Assembly (NCBI GenBank): GCA_964016885.1
Contig: OZ024742.1
Span: forward strand, 84,072,001 to 84,136,000
DNA: 64,000 bases
Origin: Eledone cirrhosa
Lineage: Eukaryota
Reading direction: 5' to 3'
Shown piece by piece: positions 41,470 through 54,400 of this stretch. Below the pieces are notes generated by a model. It saw only the letters and a program-made list of their open reading frames with translations, was not told the DNA's origin and ran no database searches. How positions within the stretch are numbered: the stretch's first letter is position 1; every line of letters starts with the position of its first letter. The position numbers and the translations under genes are program-made.

Positions 41470-42205
41470 GAATGCGACAAAATGCTTTGAGGTATTTTGA
41501 CCAGCTCTTTACGTACTCAGTTGAAATCTCGCCGAAGTTAAATTTTTCCGACATTAATGAAATAAGTACCAGTCAAATATCAGTTTGCGCATAGTCGACT
41601 TTCTACTATACCAAAGTTGTGGCATTGAGCCTATGTTGAAACGATTAGTTGGACGGTAGAACGGGGATATTGCCAGATTTGTTACAGCGTCAAACAATGC
41701 TTTTTAGAATTTAGTCACGGCCATTTACTTTCAAAGTTCAAATTTCGACGAGGTCGCAGTAATGTACTGGGTAATTGCTGGCCTTGTGCCAAAAGTAGAA
41801 ACAATTATTCTGGTATGGATAAAATAAAGTACCAGTCATGTACTATGGTCTATGTAATTGACTTTACTCAGCCTATAAATTATTGGCCTTGTGACTAAAT
41901 TAGAAATCATTATCCGGCCGAGGTTAACTTTGCCTTTCGGGGTCAATAAAATAAAGTACCAGTAATGTACTGGGTAATTGCTGGCCTTGTGCCAAAAATA
42001 GAAACAATTATTATGGCAGTGGAATGGCAGTATCGGTAGAGGTTCGGACGCTATGCTTTGACGCATAGAGTTACGGCCCTTGCCATTCTGAGTTCAAATC
42101 CCTCCGAGGTTAACTTTGCCTTTCATTCTTACGGGGTCGATAAAATAAAGTACCAGTAATGCACTGGGTAATTGCTGGCCTTGTGCCAAAAAGTAGAAAC
42201 AATTA
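41470..42205 (+). mobile_element. Tandem cluster of SINE family A copies
   Basis: Several overlapping heads, cores and tails; the copy at about 42013-42205 is complete. Confidence 0.8.
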
Positions 42206-43102
42206 TTATTTCGACGGAGTGGCAAGAGAAGTGCCCATTGGGACAAATGCTTTGCAATGTTCCTTTACGCTGACTATATTTTGAGTTGAAATGCCCCATT
42301 CTAGAGTATGATGTAACCAACTATACTCTTTTCCTATAAATTTATGGGCCGGTGTGAAGCGAAGAAATATTGTTTTGTTTAGTAAACTGTTAACCCCGTC
42401 TCGTTGTAAAATAGAAGCTGTACTTAATAGATTGTACCCTTGTAAAATATATACGGAAAATATAGACAGATAGAAAGATGTAAACGTTTCCAATGAACCG
42501 AAAGGAGACAGCAATCACAGCAAAATATTTATCATGCATTTTAATCGATGCTTTTGTCAATTCCTCGCTAAATTAAACTAAATTATATGAGATCAATTTG
42601 CCAGACGTTTTTTTGAAAGGAAGCTGCTGAAATAATTAAGTAAATATTTGAACATGATAGAAAATATAAAATATGAAAGGCTGGTTAAATGCCAGGAGAC
42701 TTTTGGTTTTGTAATAAGAGTAAAATATTGTAGTTAAAATTAATAACCGATTGTTCGGCTACATTTGTTGACATAATTTGATCAATAAACAGTTATTATA
42801 CAGACAGCTGTCTTAAATACAGCAGAATAATATGGGTAAATCGTTGGATGATGTGTTAAAAAACAAAACAAAAAGAAACAATTTATAATTGAAAAGGAAT
42901 TTAGATGTAATGAACTAGCAGACATTGTTTGGTTAACCGTTAACATATATATTTCAAAATATCTAGTTCGGACTTATGTTTTTAGTTTTCATCGTTTACG
43001 AACAATTTCGCCTTTCCTTCTCCCTGAATTAACAAAATACATTACAGTAATACACTAGAGACAATTTAACTATATAGCCGACTGCACAAACGTTACTCTC
43101 TG

Positions 43103-43172
<70 letters not shown>

Positions 43173-43277
43173 AATTTCAACTTTGTCTCATTTACTCGTT
43201 TTATTTACAATCCTTTAAAATTTATAATGGTATTAGAATGAAATAGTATGGTAGAATATTAAATGTTACGTGTTAAT

Positions 43278-43316
43278 TGAACAAGTACTTTCATGCTTTC
43301 GCAATCTTCAGGTTCA
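43278..43316 (-). ncRNA. Minimal type I hammerhead ribozyme
   Basis: Reverse complement TGAAC-CTGAAGA-tTGC gaaa GCAt-GAAAGTACTT-GTTCA: 5-bp stem I, GAAA tetraloop on stem II, palindromic stem III AAGTACTT. Confidence 0.85.
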
Positions 43317-43605
43317 TATTCTGTGGTGACAGTCTAGTTTGCAATTTTCACCTGTAATGAGATGGGTAAATTTTGTGCCTTATATTCAGTGAAAAGCGGC
43401 TACAGAATGCTAGATTCTGCAAACTGTATTTCGACCAATCGGTGTGTAGTTTCACTGGATTACTAAAGCTGATTGGTTTAGGCTTCACGGTTGGTTGAGC
43501 ATGTCTAACGACTACTGTTTGACCCTATCCAAAGCATCAATTGTTTTGCTATTTTTAGAAATGATGAAAATAGCATTTTCTAGTAATCCTCACCATCAAC
43601 ATCAC

Positions 43606-43663
<58 letters not shown>

Positions 43664-43790
43664 GTTATTGTTATTCCTTGAATCTCAGTCATTGATGTTG
43701 GTTAACTGGAAAGTCCGTTGGATTGAATATCAAGCCACTACCTGCAGCCTCAGATATTCAGGACGTATCGGAGGGTTCTTGCTGTTCCAA

Positions 43791-43841
<51 letters not shown>

Positions 43842-45294
43842 GTTGTTGTTGTTGTTGTTGTTAGTCGACAGGATAGGAGTAATACCCCATTATTATTGTT
43901 CATTTAGCTTGGGTTGGAATTTATCAATAAAATTCGTTTCTTTGATTTTTATCTTGATTTCACTTGGGCTGTGTAATTTGTAGAATGGAAATATTATAAA
44001 TATTCTGTGACCACATGTTGCTAGATGGTTACTCAGGGGTATCTGACGGACATTTGGGTCTCTGATTTGCTGTCGGTGCACCAGTGCACGTTCCGATAGT
44101 GCATTTCCAGTTTGACCGACAGTAAATTAGATTTCTGCTTTTGCAGTTCATATTTGCATTTGGGAATATTTTTCCAGTTTTTGTGTCCATATATTGACTG
44201 TTGTGTATGGATTGACATGTGTCACATCGACTATCATTGCATTTAGATACAGTGAATGATTGGTCTTTGTTGTTAAGGTCAAACTTTGCTTTTGTTAGTA
44301 ATTGCTTCAAATTTTTCGACTGTCTTTTAAAAAGAGTCAAAATCGGTCTGTGATTAAGCCTTTTAATTCATTACTTTGAGCAATGATCGGTAGGTTTGCT
44401 TTGGCAGTGTTGAAGATATTCTGGTGCCATGGGTTGTGTGTCATTATAAATGGTATGACCAGTTCTTGGTTTCTTCTTCCTTGGGTTGTCCTAAGTTGTT
44501 GTATAGGTATTTTTGTTTGAGCAAAAATTCTCTCAGTTCTGTTAGGCGTTTGTTCCTGGTATTCGTATCTTCTACAATGGTACAAATTGTTCTGGCTAGG
44601 CAGTATGGGATGTTGCATTTTGTATGAGGTGGATGGCACGACTTAAAATTCAGATATTGATGGGTGTCTGTGTGTTTATAATATATATCCGTGGTAATGG
44701 TGGTGTCGTTTTTGATTACCATTATATCTAGGAATGGTAATTTGATACGATTCATCTCTTTGGTGAATTGGAGAGATGGGTGTAGGTTATTCAGGAGGAT
44801 ATTGAACTCATCCAGAGTATCTAGAGATTCTGTCCAGATGATGAAACAGTCGTCAAGGTATCTCTTCCAAGATTTTTCAATGTACTTTCTAATGTCAGTG
44901 CTATATTTTCCCCCTATTTCTTGGTAGAGTTGTTGTTCTAAGTATCCCATTACAGAGTTCGCGTAAACGGGAGAAAACTTCGTTCGCATCGCTGTGCCTC
45001 TAATTTTGATGTAGTTCTTTCCATTGAAGAAGAAAGTGTTGTTTTCCAGAATAAGTTTGACTGCGTCTAATATAAATGGCGCTGTGAATCTGGTGGGAAT
45101 CACTTCTCTATGTTTTTCCACCCAGTATTTAACCGTCTTTATTCCTAAATCATGTGTAATGTTGGTGTAGAGGCTTACCACATCAAAACTAAGTAGAAGT
45201 GAATTCGTTTCCGTGGTTTGGGAAGATGGGAGAGGAAGTCGATATCATCCCGGATGAAACTGGGTATGTGAATACATAGTGGTTTCAAAATAAT

Positions 45295-45482
45295 TGTTTC
45301 TACTTTTTGGCACAAGGCCAGCAATAAACCAGTGCATTACTGGTACTTTATTTTATCGACCCATAAGGATGAAAGGCAAAGTTAACCTCGGCGGGATTTG
45401 AACTTAGAATTGTTAAGGGCCGTAACTCTATGCGTCAAAGCATGGCGTCGAACGCTCTACCGATACGGCCAATCCACCGCCC
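45295..45482 (-). mobile_element. SINE family A inserted in the PLE RT, 18-bp TSD
   Basis: TAGTGGTTTCAAAATAAT at 45277-45294 and 45483-45500. Confidence 0.95.
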
Positions 45483-47450
45483 TAGTGGTTTCAAAATAAT
45501 GTCAACCAAATTGCTTAGACGGTGGGTAGGGCAAGTTGGACCAGCTATAATAGGTCTAAGTTTTAAGTCTTTTGGGTGTAGTAATTTAATGTACTCACTG
45601 TTTTGTTTTTTTACTGCCAGTTGTATTTCTTTTGATTTATGAACTTTCGGTAGGCCATACAGGTTGCTGGGTATTGGCTCAAAATTGGTGATGTAATCTC
45701 TTTCCTTATCAGTAAGTGAGTTGTGGTATTTTGAAGCCAGGTTGTTGATCTTCTTCATGATGTTGTGGTCTATATTTGACGGTATTTCATGATTGATAGA
45801 ATGTTGTGTCTTTCAGTTGTTCCTCAACCAAATCTTTGTAGTATTCAGCATCCATTATAACAGCTGCACCCCCTTTATCTGCTTGTTTAATTATTATTGT
45901 TTTATCATTTTGTATACGTTTAAGTGCAGGCATTTCTGATTTGTTAATGTTTGGCCTAACATTAGTATTTACGTCTAAGAGGAAATTTAGACAGGATGTC
46001 AATGTATTGGTCGAGATAGATATTTCTTCCTTTTAGCGGAGTGAAATTTGATTTATCCTTTACTAGTGATTCATCACTCATTACTTTTATCAGCGAAGAA
46101 TTCTACAAGACGTAATTTTCGACAGAATTCTTGGGTATCCTCCTTCAGTTCTTGGTGGTTGACTGTTGGAGTCGGTGTGAATTTCAGTCCTTTTGACAGA
46201 ATTTGCATTTCATCATTGTCAAGATGTCTTTTGGATAAATTAATTATTTTAGGATCTACGTGTACAGTTGTTTTGGGTATGTTTCCTCCTGAAGTTTTTC
46301 TTTTTCCGGTTTTTGTGTTAGTGACGTTTAAAAATGGATTTTTCTCTGTTCAGGATTTATATTTCTGTTGGTGTTTGCTTGATGAAATTTTGGTCGTGAT
46401 ATTATATTTGGTTTCGTTATGTTTTTTGTCCTATTTTTGGTATTATGTATATTATTTTTCCATTTCTTGTTAGCATTATTTTTAACAGTCTGGGGAAATG
46501 ACCTAGGTTTGCTTTCAGGTTTAGATCGTTTTCGCCCAGTATCTTGTGGGTAATCTCTGTTGAGATCTTGAGAGTGATCTGGTTATTCTACGTTTTTTTC
46601 CACGTTCCTTGTGGGTAGTCTCTGTTGCGATCTTGAGAATGATCTCCTGGTTTTTCTACTTCTCATGGTCTGGTCAAAGGAATATCTATCATGTTTGTGC
46701 TTTTTGTTCATGTTGTGTGCGTTAAGGTGTTTTTGTAGAAAAAGCGAAGAGTTTTTACCGTAGTTCTTCTTTGATTCAAGGTAAGGTGAGTGTTTGTGTT
46801 GCCACGTGTTCTGGCGTATGTTGTGTTGGTAAGATTGTCCACTTTTAATGCTTTTTCTCAGAGTTTCAGAGTCTTTACCGTAATTTGCAGCATATTCGTC
46901 GAGAAATAATTGTTTCTGCTGCCATAATTTTCTTGATTTCCTTTCTTCTTTTGAGATATCTCTGATCCATACTTTTCGTAGTTTTTCAGCTATATTTGTT
47001 TTACTAAGTATTGTTTCTTCTTCTGGTTCACCTGCAATTTCTGTAATTAGGTATTTACGAGGGAGTATGGGTGCCGTTAGAGAGAGCCATTTGTATGCTT
47101 TCCAGAAGTTTTGTTTTCTTATGTTAAGAAATTTTTTCCATGTCTTCTACATTTCTTTTCTTATTCGATGTGTTTTGTTTTCCAAATTTCTTTCGTTTAG
47201 TTCTGACATCCAAGGGGGTTGTGGTAGGCTTTCTCTTGTATCTTTGATAACTGTTGGTATAATTTCAGCTAAATTCTTAATTTCAAAGTTATAAGTTTTC
47301 CGTCTGTAGATTGTTTCCTTTAAAATAGAGGATTGTGTGTCAATCATCGTGATAAGTGTTGATAATTTCGATGATATCTCCTTTAGAATTCTTTCTGATT
47401 CTGTTGATTTCATTTGTTGCTTTCCAGACATGTTGGCATATACACAGTAG

Positions 47451-47486
<36 letters not shown>

Positions 47487-48302
47487 GGGATAACAGGTTA
47501 TCGTTATAGGCAGTCCACTTAGATGTAGTCCAGTTAGAGTACTCCGTGTTGTGGATGGTATTAACGTATGGCTTAGTTTAACTCAACAAGACGTTTCCAT
47601 AGTGATTTCTATGTAGTTTCTATGTAGTTTCGCGATGATATCTATGTAGTTTATACTTGGAGTAATAATAATTCAAGAAAGAAGAGTGACATGCTTAACT
47701 ATACAATAAGGGCTTTATTCACATTGCTGACAACTGTTTCTTTGATCTGATAGGTCTAGGGTTCGCTACTCGCTTGATGTTGCGTCAATCGATCTCCAAT
47801 AGTTTGTTTATAACCAGTCGCTCCATCAGATCGTGCGAAAGTGAGGAAGATACTCGAGGATACTTTATAGAGGAGTAGTATTAAACCAGAACAATAATAT
47901 CAATAATAAAATAACTAGATATTGAATAGTTAAAATAATAACATCACTATAAGTAAGAAATAGAATATAATGATGAATCTAGCATATTAAACGAACTGAT
48001 ATGATACAGATGTATGAAATTGACATGTGAAAACTGAAATGGGATCGAACGACTCAGCGCAAATAACGGATGTTGTGGGGATATTTATAGCACACAACCT
48101 ACATAAAGTATTTAATAACCGCCAAGGAGGAATTTATATAGATGACACGCTCCTTATAGCTAGGAACTTAAATAACCAGAGCATGGAAAGATTACGAAAA
48201 AACATTAGAACATTCTTAAAAAAACTAGGTCTAGATATTACTTACGCACTGAATTCTAAAAAGGCAAACTTTCTAGACGTAACTCTAAACCTAAACACGG
48301 GA

Positions 48303-48764
48303 AACAATAACAACAGTAACAACAATCAATAATAAACAATAACAACAGTAACAACAATCAATAATAAACAATAACAACAGTAACAACTATCAATAACGAA
48401 CAATAACAACAGTAACAACTATCAATAACGAACAATAACAACAGTAACAACTATCAATAACAAACAATAACAACAGTAACAACTATCAATAACGAACAAT
48501 AACAACAGTAACAACTATCAATAACGAACAATAACAACAGTAACAACTATCAATAATAAACAATAACAACAGTAACAACTATCAATAACAAACAATAACA
48601 ACAGTAACAACTATCAATAACAAACAATAACAACAGTAACAACTATCAATAACAAACAATAACAACAGTAACAACTATCAATAACTAACAATAACAACAG
48701 TAACAACTATCAATAACTAACAATAACAACAGTAACAACTATCAATAACTAACAATAACAACAG
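48303..48764 (+). repeat. 32-bp AAC-rich minisatellite, 14 units plus a partial
   Basis: Unit AACAATAACAACAGTAACAAC(A/T)ATCAATAA(C/T)N starting at 48303, 48335, 48367 ... 48751. Confidence 0.9.
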
Positions 48765-50029
48765 AAATCCACATTCTTACACATTACCAGTGCACTGGTA
48801 AATTCTACAACCCTCGCCAATGAAATCTGGCAACTTTAGGACAAAAACCTTGATTACAATATTAGCTGGTCGAAATTAGTGGCCGCGAAGGCCTATAGCA
48901 GCAGTATGTCACATTGCGGGCTCTGCAACCTTGAATTGCTACATATCTTAAGGAACAATAAAATGCTACTCAACAGCAAAATAGAAAGGTAAATTTTCTG
49001 CAATAATAGGATTGCTACAAAATTCGCGAGATATAAACCACCGTGATTCGAACCAGCATCCCCTATATTAAAGGAAAAATCATCACTTAGCATTTAACAT
49101 ATGAAATCCACATTCTCACACAGCCCACTTCAGAACCATAATCTTCTACAAAACACCTTCTAGCCTCTCTTCATCAATACCACTAAAATGGTACAATCGG
49201 TCTACAATTATCTTGTCAGCCCATAAATCAATCCCATCTTTGCTGTTGTTTACTCCTTAGGACCAAACAATTATATCTACGTATCTCACATTAGCACTCA
49301 TGATCTCTAACAGATGAACTTAATTCTAAGTACTTATTACTCCTACACTCCTTGAAATCTTATTTTCCTCTTATTATTATTATGATCATCTCAATGTATC
49401 CCTAATTTTATTCATCATGTTCTCTCTATTTACCATGCATATTTTATTATTTTATTACTTTTATTGTCTCTATTATTGTTGTTATTATTGTCTTATTTAT
49501 ACACTATTTGTTATTGATGTTTTGAAAACTAAACCCCCATGATTCGAACTAACAATCCCAACTTTTAGAATATTCCACTTAAATACCGAATCTACAACTT
49601 CACTTAACACCACATAAAAACCATATATCTCTATGCACCCACCTATCATTCTCACTAAGTTGATACAGCGAAAATACTTATCTGTCAAATACATTAATTT
49701 CCGGTTTATTGCTAGTGTGCTTTCAGACCCACAGTACACGCATATACCTCCTAAATCCTGACTCCAAGTACATTTTAACAGTTATCTCTCCACCATCTTA
49801 ACAATACATCTAATGTACCCTATAGCAGTTTTCACATGTCAATTTCATACATCTGTATCATATCAGTTCGTTCAATATGCTAGATTCATCATTGTACTCT
49901 ATTTCTTACTTATATTGATGTTATTATTTTAACTATTCAATATCTAGTTATTTTATTATTGATATTATTGTTCTGGTTTAATACCAGTCCTCTATAAAGT
50001 ATCCTTGAGTATCTTCCCCACTTTCGCAC

Positions 50030-50136
50030 GCTCTGATGAAACGACTGGTTATAAACAAAGTATTGGAGATCGATTGACGCAACATCAAGCGAGTAGCGAA
50101 CCCTAGACCTACCAGATCAAAGAAACAATTGTCAGC
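50030..50136 (+). ncRNA. Hammerhead motif with long stem II insert
   Basis: GCT-CTGATGA-(about 80 nt)-GAAACAATTGTC-AGC; palindromic stem III, GUC triplet; mutated inverted copy at 47726-47832. Confidence 0.75.
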
Positions 50137-50189
50137 AATGTGAATAAAGCCCTTATTGTATAGCCAACCATGTCACTCTTTTTTCTTGG

Positions 50190-50284
<95 letters not shown>

Positions 50285-50389
50285 GAGTCCACTTTGTTGT
50301 GATGGGGCTGATAACGTTGTTAGAATTCAATGTGTCCTAGGAAGGGTGATATATATATATTTATAGAGAGAGAGAGAGAGAGAGAGAGT

Positions 50390-51112
50390 GAGAATTAGTA
50401 TATCTACCAACATATGTATACAGATGTATACTCATGCTAGCAAATATATATGTGTTATGTCTTAGTACCTTTGTGTTTCTATGCAAGGGGATGCAGAACA
50501 ATTATATGAAAGACGTAAAATAAGAACATTTTAAAATTAACTTACTAATATTTTTACTCCAACTAATTAGTTTCTGTAAGGGAATAAATATAGTTACGCA
50601 ACGCAACTATAGAGAAATCCTTACGTTATCAGGGAGTCTATTCTCAGCTAAGTTCCCAGGCAATGTGCGGACACTAGGAACGCATATAAAAATAATAATT
50701 CAGTGGATGGAAAAAAGGAAGCGGCGACTAGATTCCAGGGTACTGAAAAAATTCACTGCCTACTTGGTCAGTGGCAAATTCTAAAGAATCAATCACGTGA
50801 CACTGAGGTTAATCAGTGAGGAGTGGAGTCGTGATAAGACAAGAGCCTAACTACTACCATGAACCATAGCAGTAAATTTCGGCAAGTTTTGCTCAACAAA
50901 TAATTTGGAGATAAATATAGAGAATTAGTATATCTACCAACATATGTACACAGATGTATACTCATGCTAGCAAATATATATGTGTTATGTCTTAGTACCT
51001 TTGTGGTTCTATGCAAGGGGATGCAGAACAATTATATGAAAGACGTAAAAAATGGAGTGAAAATTTTAGTAAGTAAGTTAATTTTAAAATTTTCTTATTT
51101 TACGTCTTTCAT
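50390..51112 (-). mobile_element. Non-coding retrozyme-like 530-bp unit, partial tandem plus inverted arm
   Basis: 50390-50520 is repeated at 50920-51050 (2 mismatches seen); HHR at 50556-50637; 51053-51112 is an inverted copy of about 50505-50561. Confidence 0.75.
50556..50637 (-). ncRNA. Hammerhead motif (G8A in this copy)
   Basis: Reverse complement ACTCC-CTGATAA-cGTAAGG..TATAGTTGCG ttg CGTAACTATA..CCTTACa-GAAACTAATTAGTT-GGAGT. Confidence 0.8.
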
Positions 51113-51411
51113 ATATATATATATATAGGCGATGAATTAGTTTTGCGAGGTTTTTTATATGAAATCGTGTGTCGAAACAGATATTGTTATATTTGGGGAG
51201 GGTCATATTTGCGTAATATTGCCAGAATTAATAACAGAACACACTCACTGTTTGGTTGGTTTTCGCTTCTCGCTGTCTTTTATATATATATATCTGCGAT
51301 CTAACTTACTCGGTCCTCAATGTTGCCATTGACTGACCGGCGGTCAATCGACGCGAAACGAAATATGCTCAAAACGAATGCTGTAGGCATTTCAAGAAGA
51401 AATTAGAATGG

Positions 51412-54400
51412 ATGAATAAGAAAAAACTACAAGAAAGGAAAATCGAATATTCTCAAAAATACCCAGATAACATCGACAACATCCGTATGAGTGATGTAAA
51501 ACTACCGGAAGAATTTACCAATGACCACACAGTAAATATCTATGGGAACACTTTAATCAGTGAACAAGAACAACAAATCCTAAAGTTACCACCAAAATTT
51601 GCCATCTACAAAAAGATTAACCCTATGGAATGCAAAACGGAGCTGGAAAAGTGTTTCACAAAAATACGTTGGAATGCAAAGGTAAACAACAACAACAATA
51701 ATAACGGTAGTAGTAATATAAACAATAACTCTGGGTATAGAAATAACAGCCATAACCATAACAATGGCAGGAAAGTGAGAAATAGTGATAATGGCAATAA
51801 TACTAGCGATAGACAGAACAACAACAACCACAATAATAATAATAATAGAAACGTTAACCACAGACACAGCAACAGTGACCACAGTAGTAATAACGGTAAC
51901 AATACGAACAACAACAACAACAATAACCACAGTGGTAATAATGGAAATAGTACATGTAGCAACATCAACAAAAACAAGAAACATAATAATAGTAACAACC
52001 ACAATGGTAGAAATAGCAGTAACAACAACAACAATAACGGTGAAGTAAACAACAATACATCTAGCAATCATAACAATAATAATATTAATGCTAATGATAG
52101 AAACAACAACAACCACCATGATAACAATAATAGCAACACACACAACTATGACGATAGAAATAACGACAACCCCTTAGAGAAACTATTTTTCAACCCAGCT
52201 GACAAAACATATAAGATGGGTAATATCTATCCTACGAGGTTACCCTTTAATAAAAGAGTTTGCATACCACAGCAAATAGATGACGAGACGGAGGCACAGT
52301 TCACCATAGCTAGAAATAAGATTAGACAAGTAGTAGACAGGTACACTATGAGACAGAGCAGACCAGAGGCCCAACAACTTGGGATAAAACCTGTAGAAGG
52401 CTTGGTTAGCCTCAAGCAGCGCACAAGGGATGGTGAGGTAGTGTGTCTACCCACAGATAAGTCTGGTAGGATGTCAATAGATAGCATGCCGAACTATATC
52501 GAGGCAATGCAACCCCACATCACCAACACGAGCGAAGTTGCACAACTAACACACGATGGGAGAGAAAAAATCCTCAACGCTCACATGATGATGTGGACTG
52601 ACATCCTAAAGCCAAGCAGACGCACTGCCAACAACTTCCAGGCGTCTAACAATGGCATACCACCCTTGTATGGGCTCCGCAAAGACCACAAGACAGTCGA
52701 CGACCCGACAACAGGACCACCAACAAGACCCGTATGCGGAGCTAATATAGCTAGCAACTACAGGATCTCCTACTTCCTCTCAATGGTTATACGCCCCATA
52801 ATCAAGATGTCCCCAGATGTATGTGAAAGTACAGAGGACCTCCTCAGCAGAATCAGTGAGTGCAACAAAAACAGGAGCCTATCCAACTGCATAATAGGCA
52901 GCATGGATGTGGTGTCACTGTACCCATCCATTAACATTGATTTTGCTGTGAAAAGATGTGTGGAGATGATCATTGAGAGTGAGGTGGAGTTCTGCGACGT
53001 CGACACAGACGAACTGGGCCTCCTACTTAGACTTACCTACGACACTGACTACCTAGACAGCCATGACCTTAGACGTTTCTGCCCTAGTAGACCTATAAGA
53101 GGTAGACCCCCCACCATAACCTCAATGGCTAAAAAGACTCCCATAGGAAGGTGGATTGGGTGGACCAAAGCTATACGGACCCCCCAAAACACTGATCAGG
53201 TAAGAAAAATGGTCGCACATGCAATAGGGGCTAGTATCAAAACTACCCTAAAGGGCCACATATTTAAGTTCAATGAGAAAATCTACACCCAAAATGAGGG
53301 AGCAGCCATCGGCGTCAGCATAGCTGGTGATGTTGCCAACCTTTTCATGGTATGGTGGGAAAGGAGACTTAAAGATCTCCTTAATGAAAGCTCCATAGAC
53401 CTCATCATGTACTCTCGTTATGTAGACGATATCAATATAGTTATAAGAACACCCCCACTAGAGAGCACTAACAAGTTTGATTTAGAACGTAGCACGATGG
53501 AAAGCATCCAGCAGATAGCTAATTCCATACACCAGAGTATAACTGTAACTATAGACTTCCCTTCCAAACACCCTAACAATAGACTACCTGTATTAGACAC
53601 AGAACTCTGGATTAACACTATAGACGAGAGAGCCCAAATTCTCCACTCACACTATGCTAAACCCATGGCCTCCAAATACCTGATACTCAAAAACTCAGCA
53701 ATGTCCAGTAGTGCTAAGTTTAATATTCTGATCGCAGATTTGGTACGAGTGATGAAGAATGTGTCCAGCATGTGCGACCCAACAGAAATGGAAGGACACA
53801 TCCAACACTTCATCAACCGCATGCAGTTCTCTGGCTACAACCAAAGAGACAGAGTCAGAGTATACGAAGGAGCCATGGAAAAGTATAAGACCCTCATAGA
53901 ACTGGACATGAAAGGAATTTGCCCACTATACAGGAGCAAATCATGGAATAGCTTAGATAGGGCTAGACATAAGATAGGGAAGGCCACATCATGGTACGAC
54001 AACCAGAGATATCAGAGTGTCATGTTTGTGGACGCCACCCCTGGAGGGAAATTAGCTAACCAGTGTAGAAAGGCCCTGAGAAAGACCCACTTAAAAATAA
54101 AGGTGGTAGAAAAGCCAGGAACCACCATAAAATCCTTGATCAGCAAAACCTACCCTTTTAAGAAAACCCACTGTACCAATAGGAAATGTATCATATGTAA
54201 GGTGAACCCCCGGATAAACCGTAAAACTAGAAACGTAGTCTATAGCATAAGATGTACAGAGGGTACTTGCAGAAACATGACAACAACATACATAGGTGAG
54301 ACAGCTCGTAGCATAGGTGAAAGGATAGACCAACACTGGGGGGAACTAAAAGGACGAAAAAACGGGTCAGTACTATACGAACATGCTAGACAACAACATG

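Larger units (their letters stand above)
43170..47454 (-). mobile_element. Penelope-like element (Neptune-like), apparently unit length, decayed ORF
   Basis: Minus-strand pieces IKQADKGGAAVIM, LYGLPKVHK, LRPIIAG, DMVSLYTNI, GTAM, RYLDD, LPFLDI, CNDSRCDTC linker, CKSRNLIYC (GIY-YIG, internally deleted); possible ATG at 47431; (TA)n on both sides. Confidence 0.92.
47487..50193 (+). mobile_element. Penelope-like element, truncated and internally deleted, with inverted 5' arm
   Basis: Arms 47669-48036 and 49826-50193; body MGSNDSAQITDVVGI, YIDD, FLDVTLNL, then STTLANEIW...CGLCNLE (same clade motifs as the 13298-17379 element). Confidence 0.9.

Noticed and set aside
48303-48764. 32-bp repeats as a CRISPR array
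   Set aside because: Units are directly adjacent with no unique spacers, there are no cas genes, and the context is eukaryotic.
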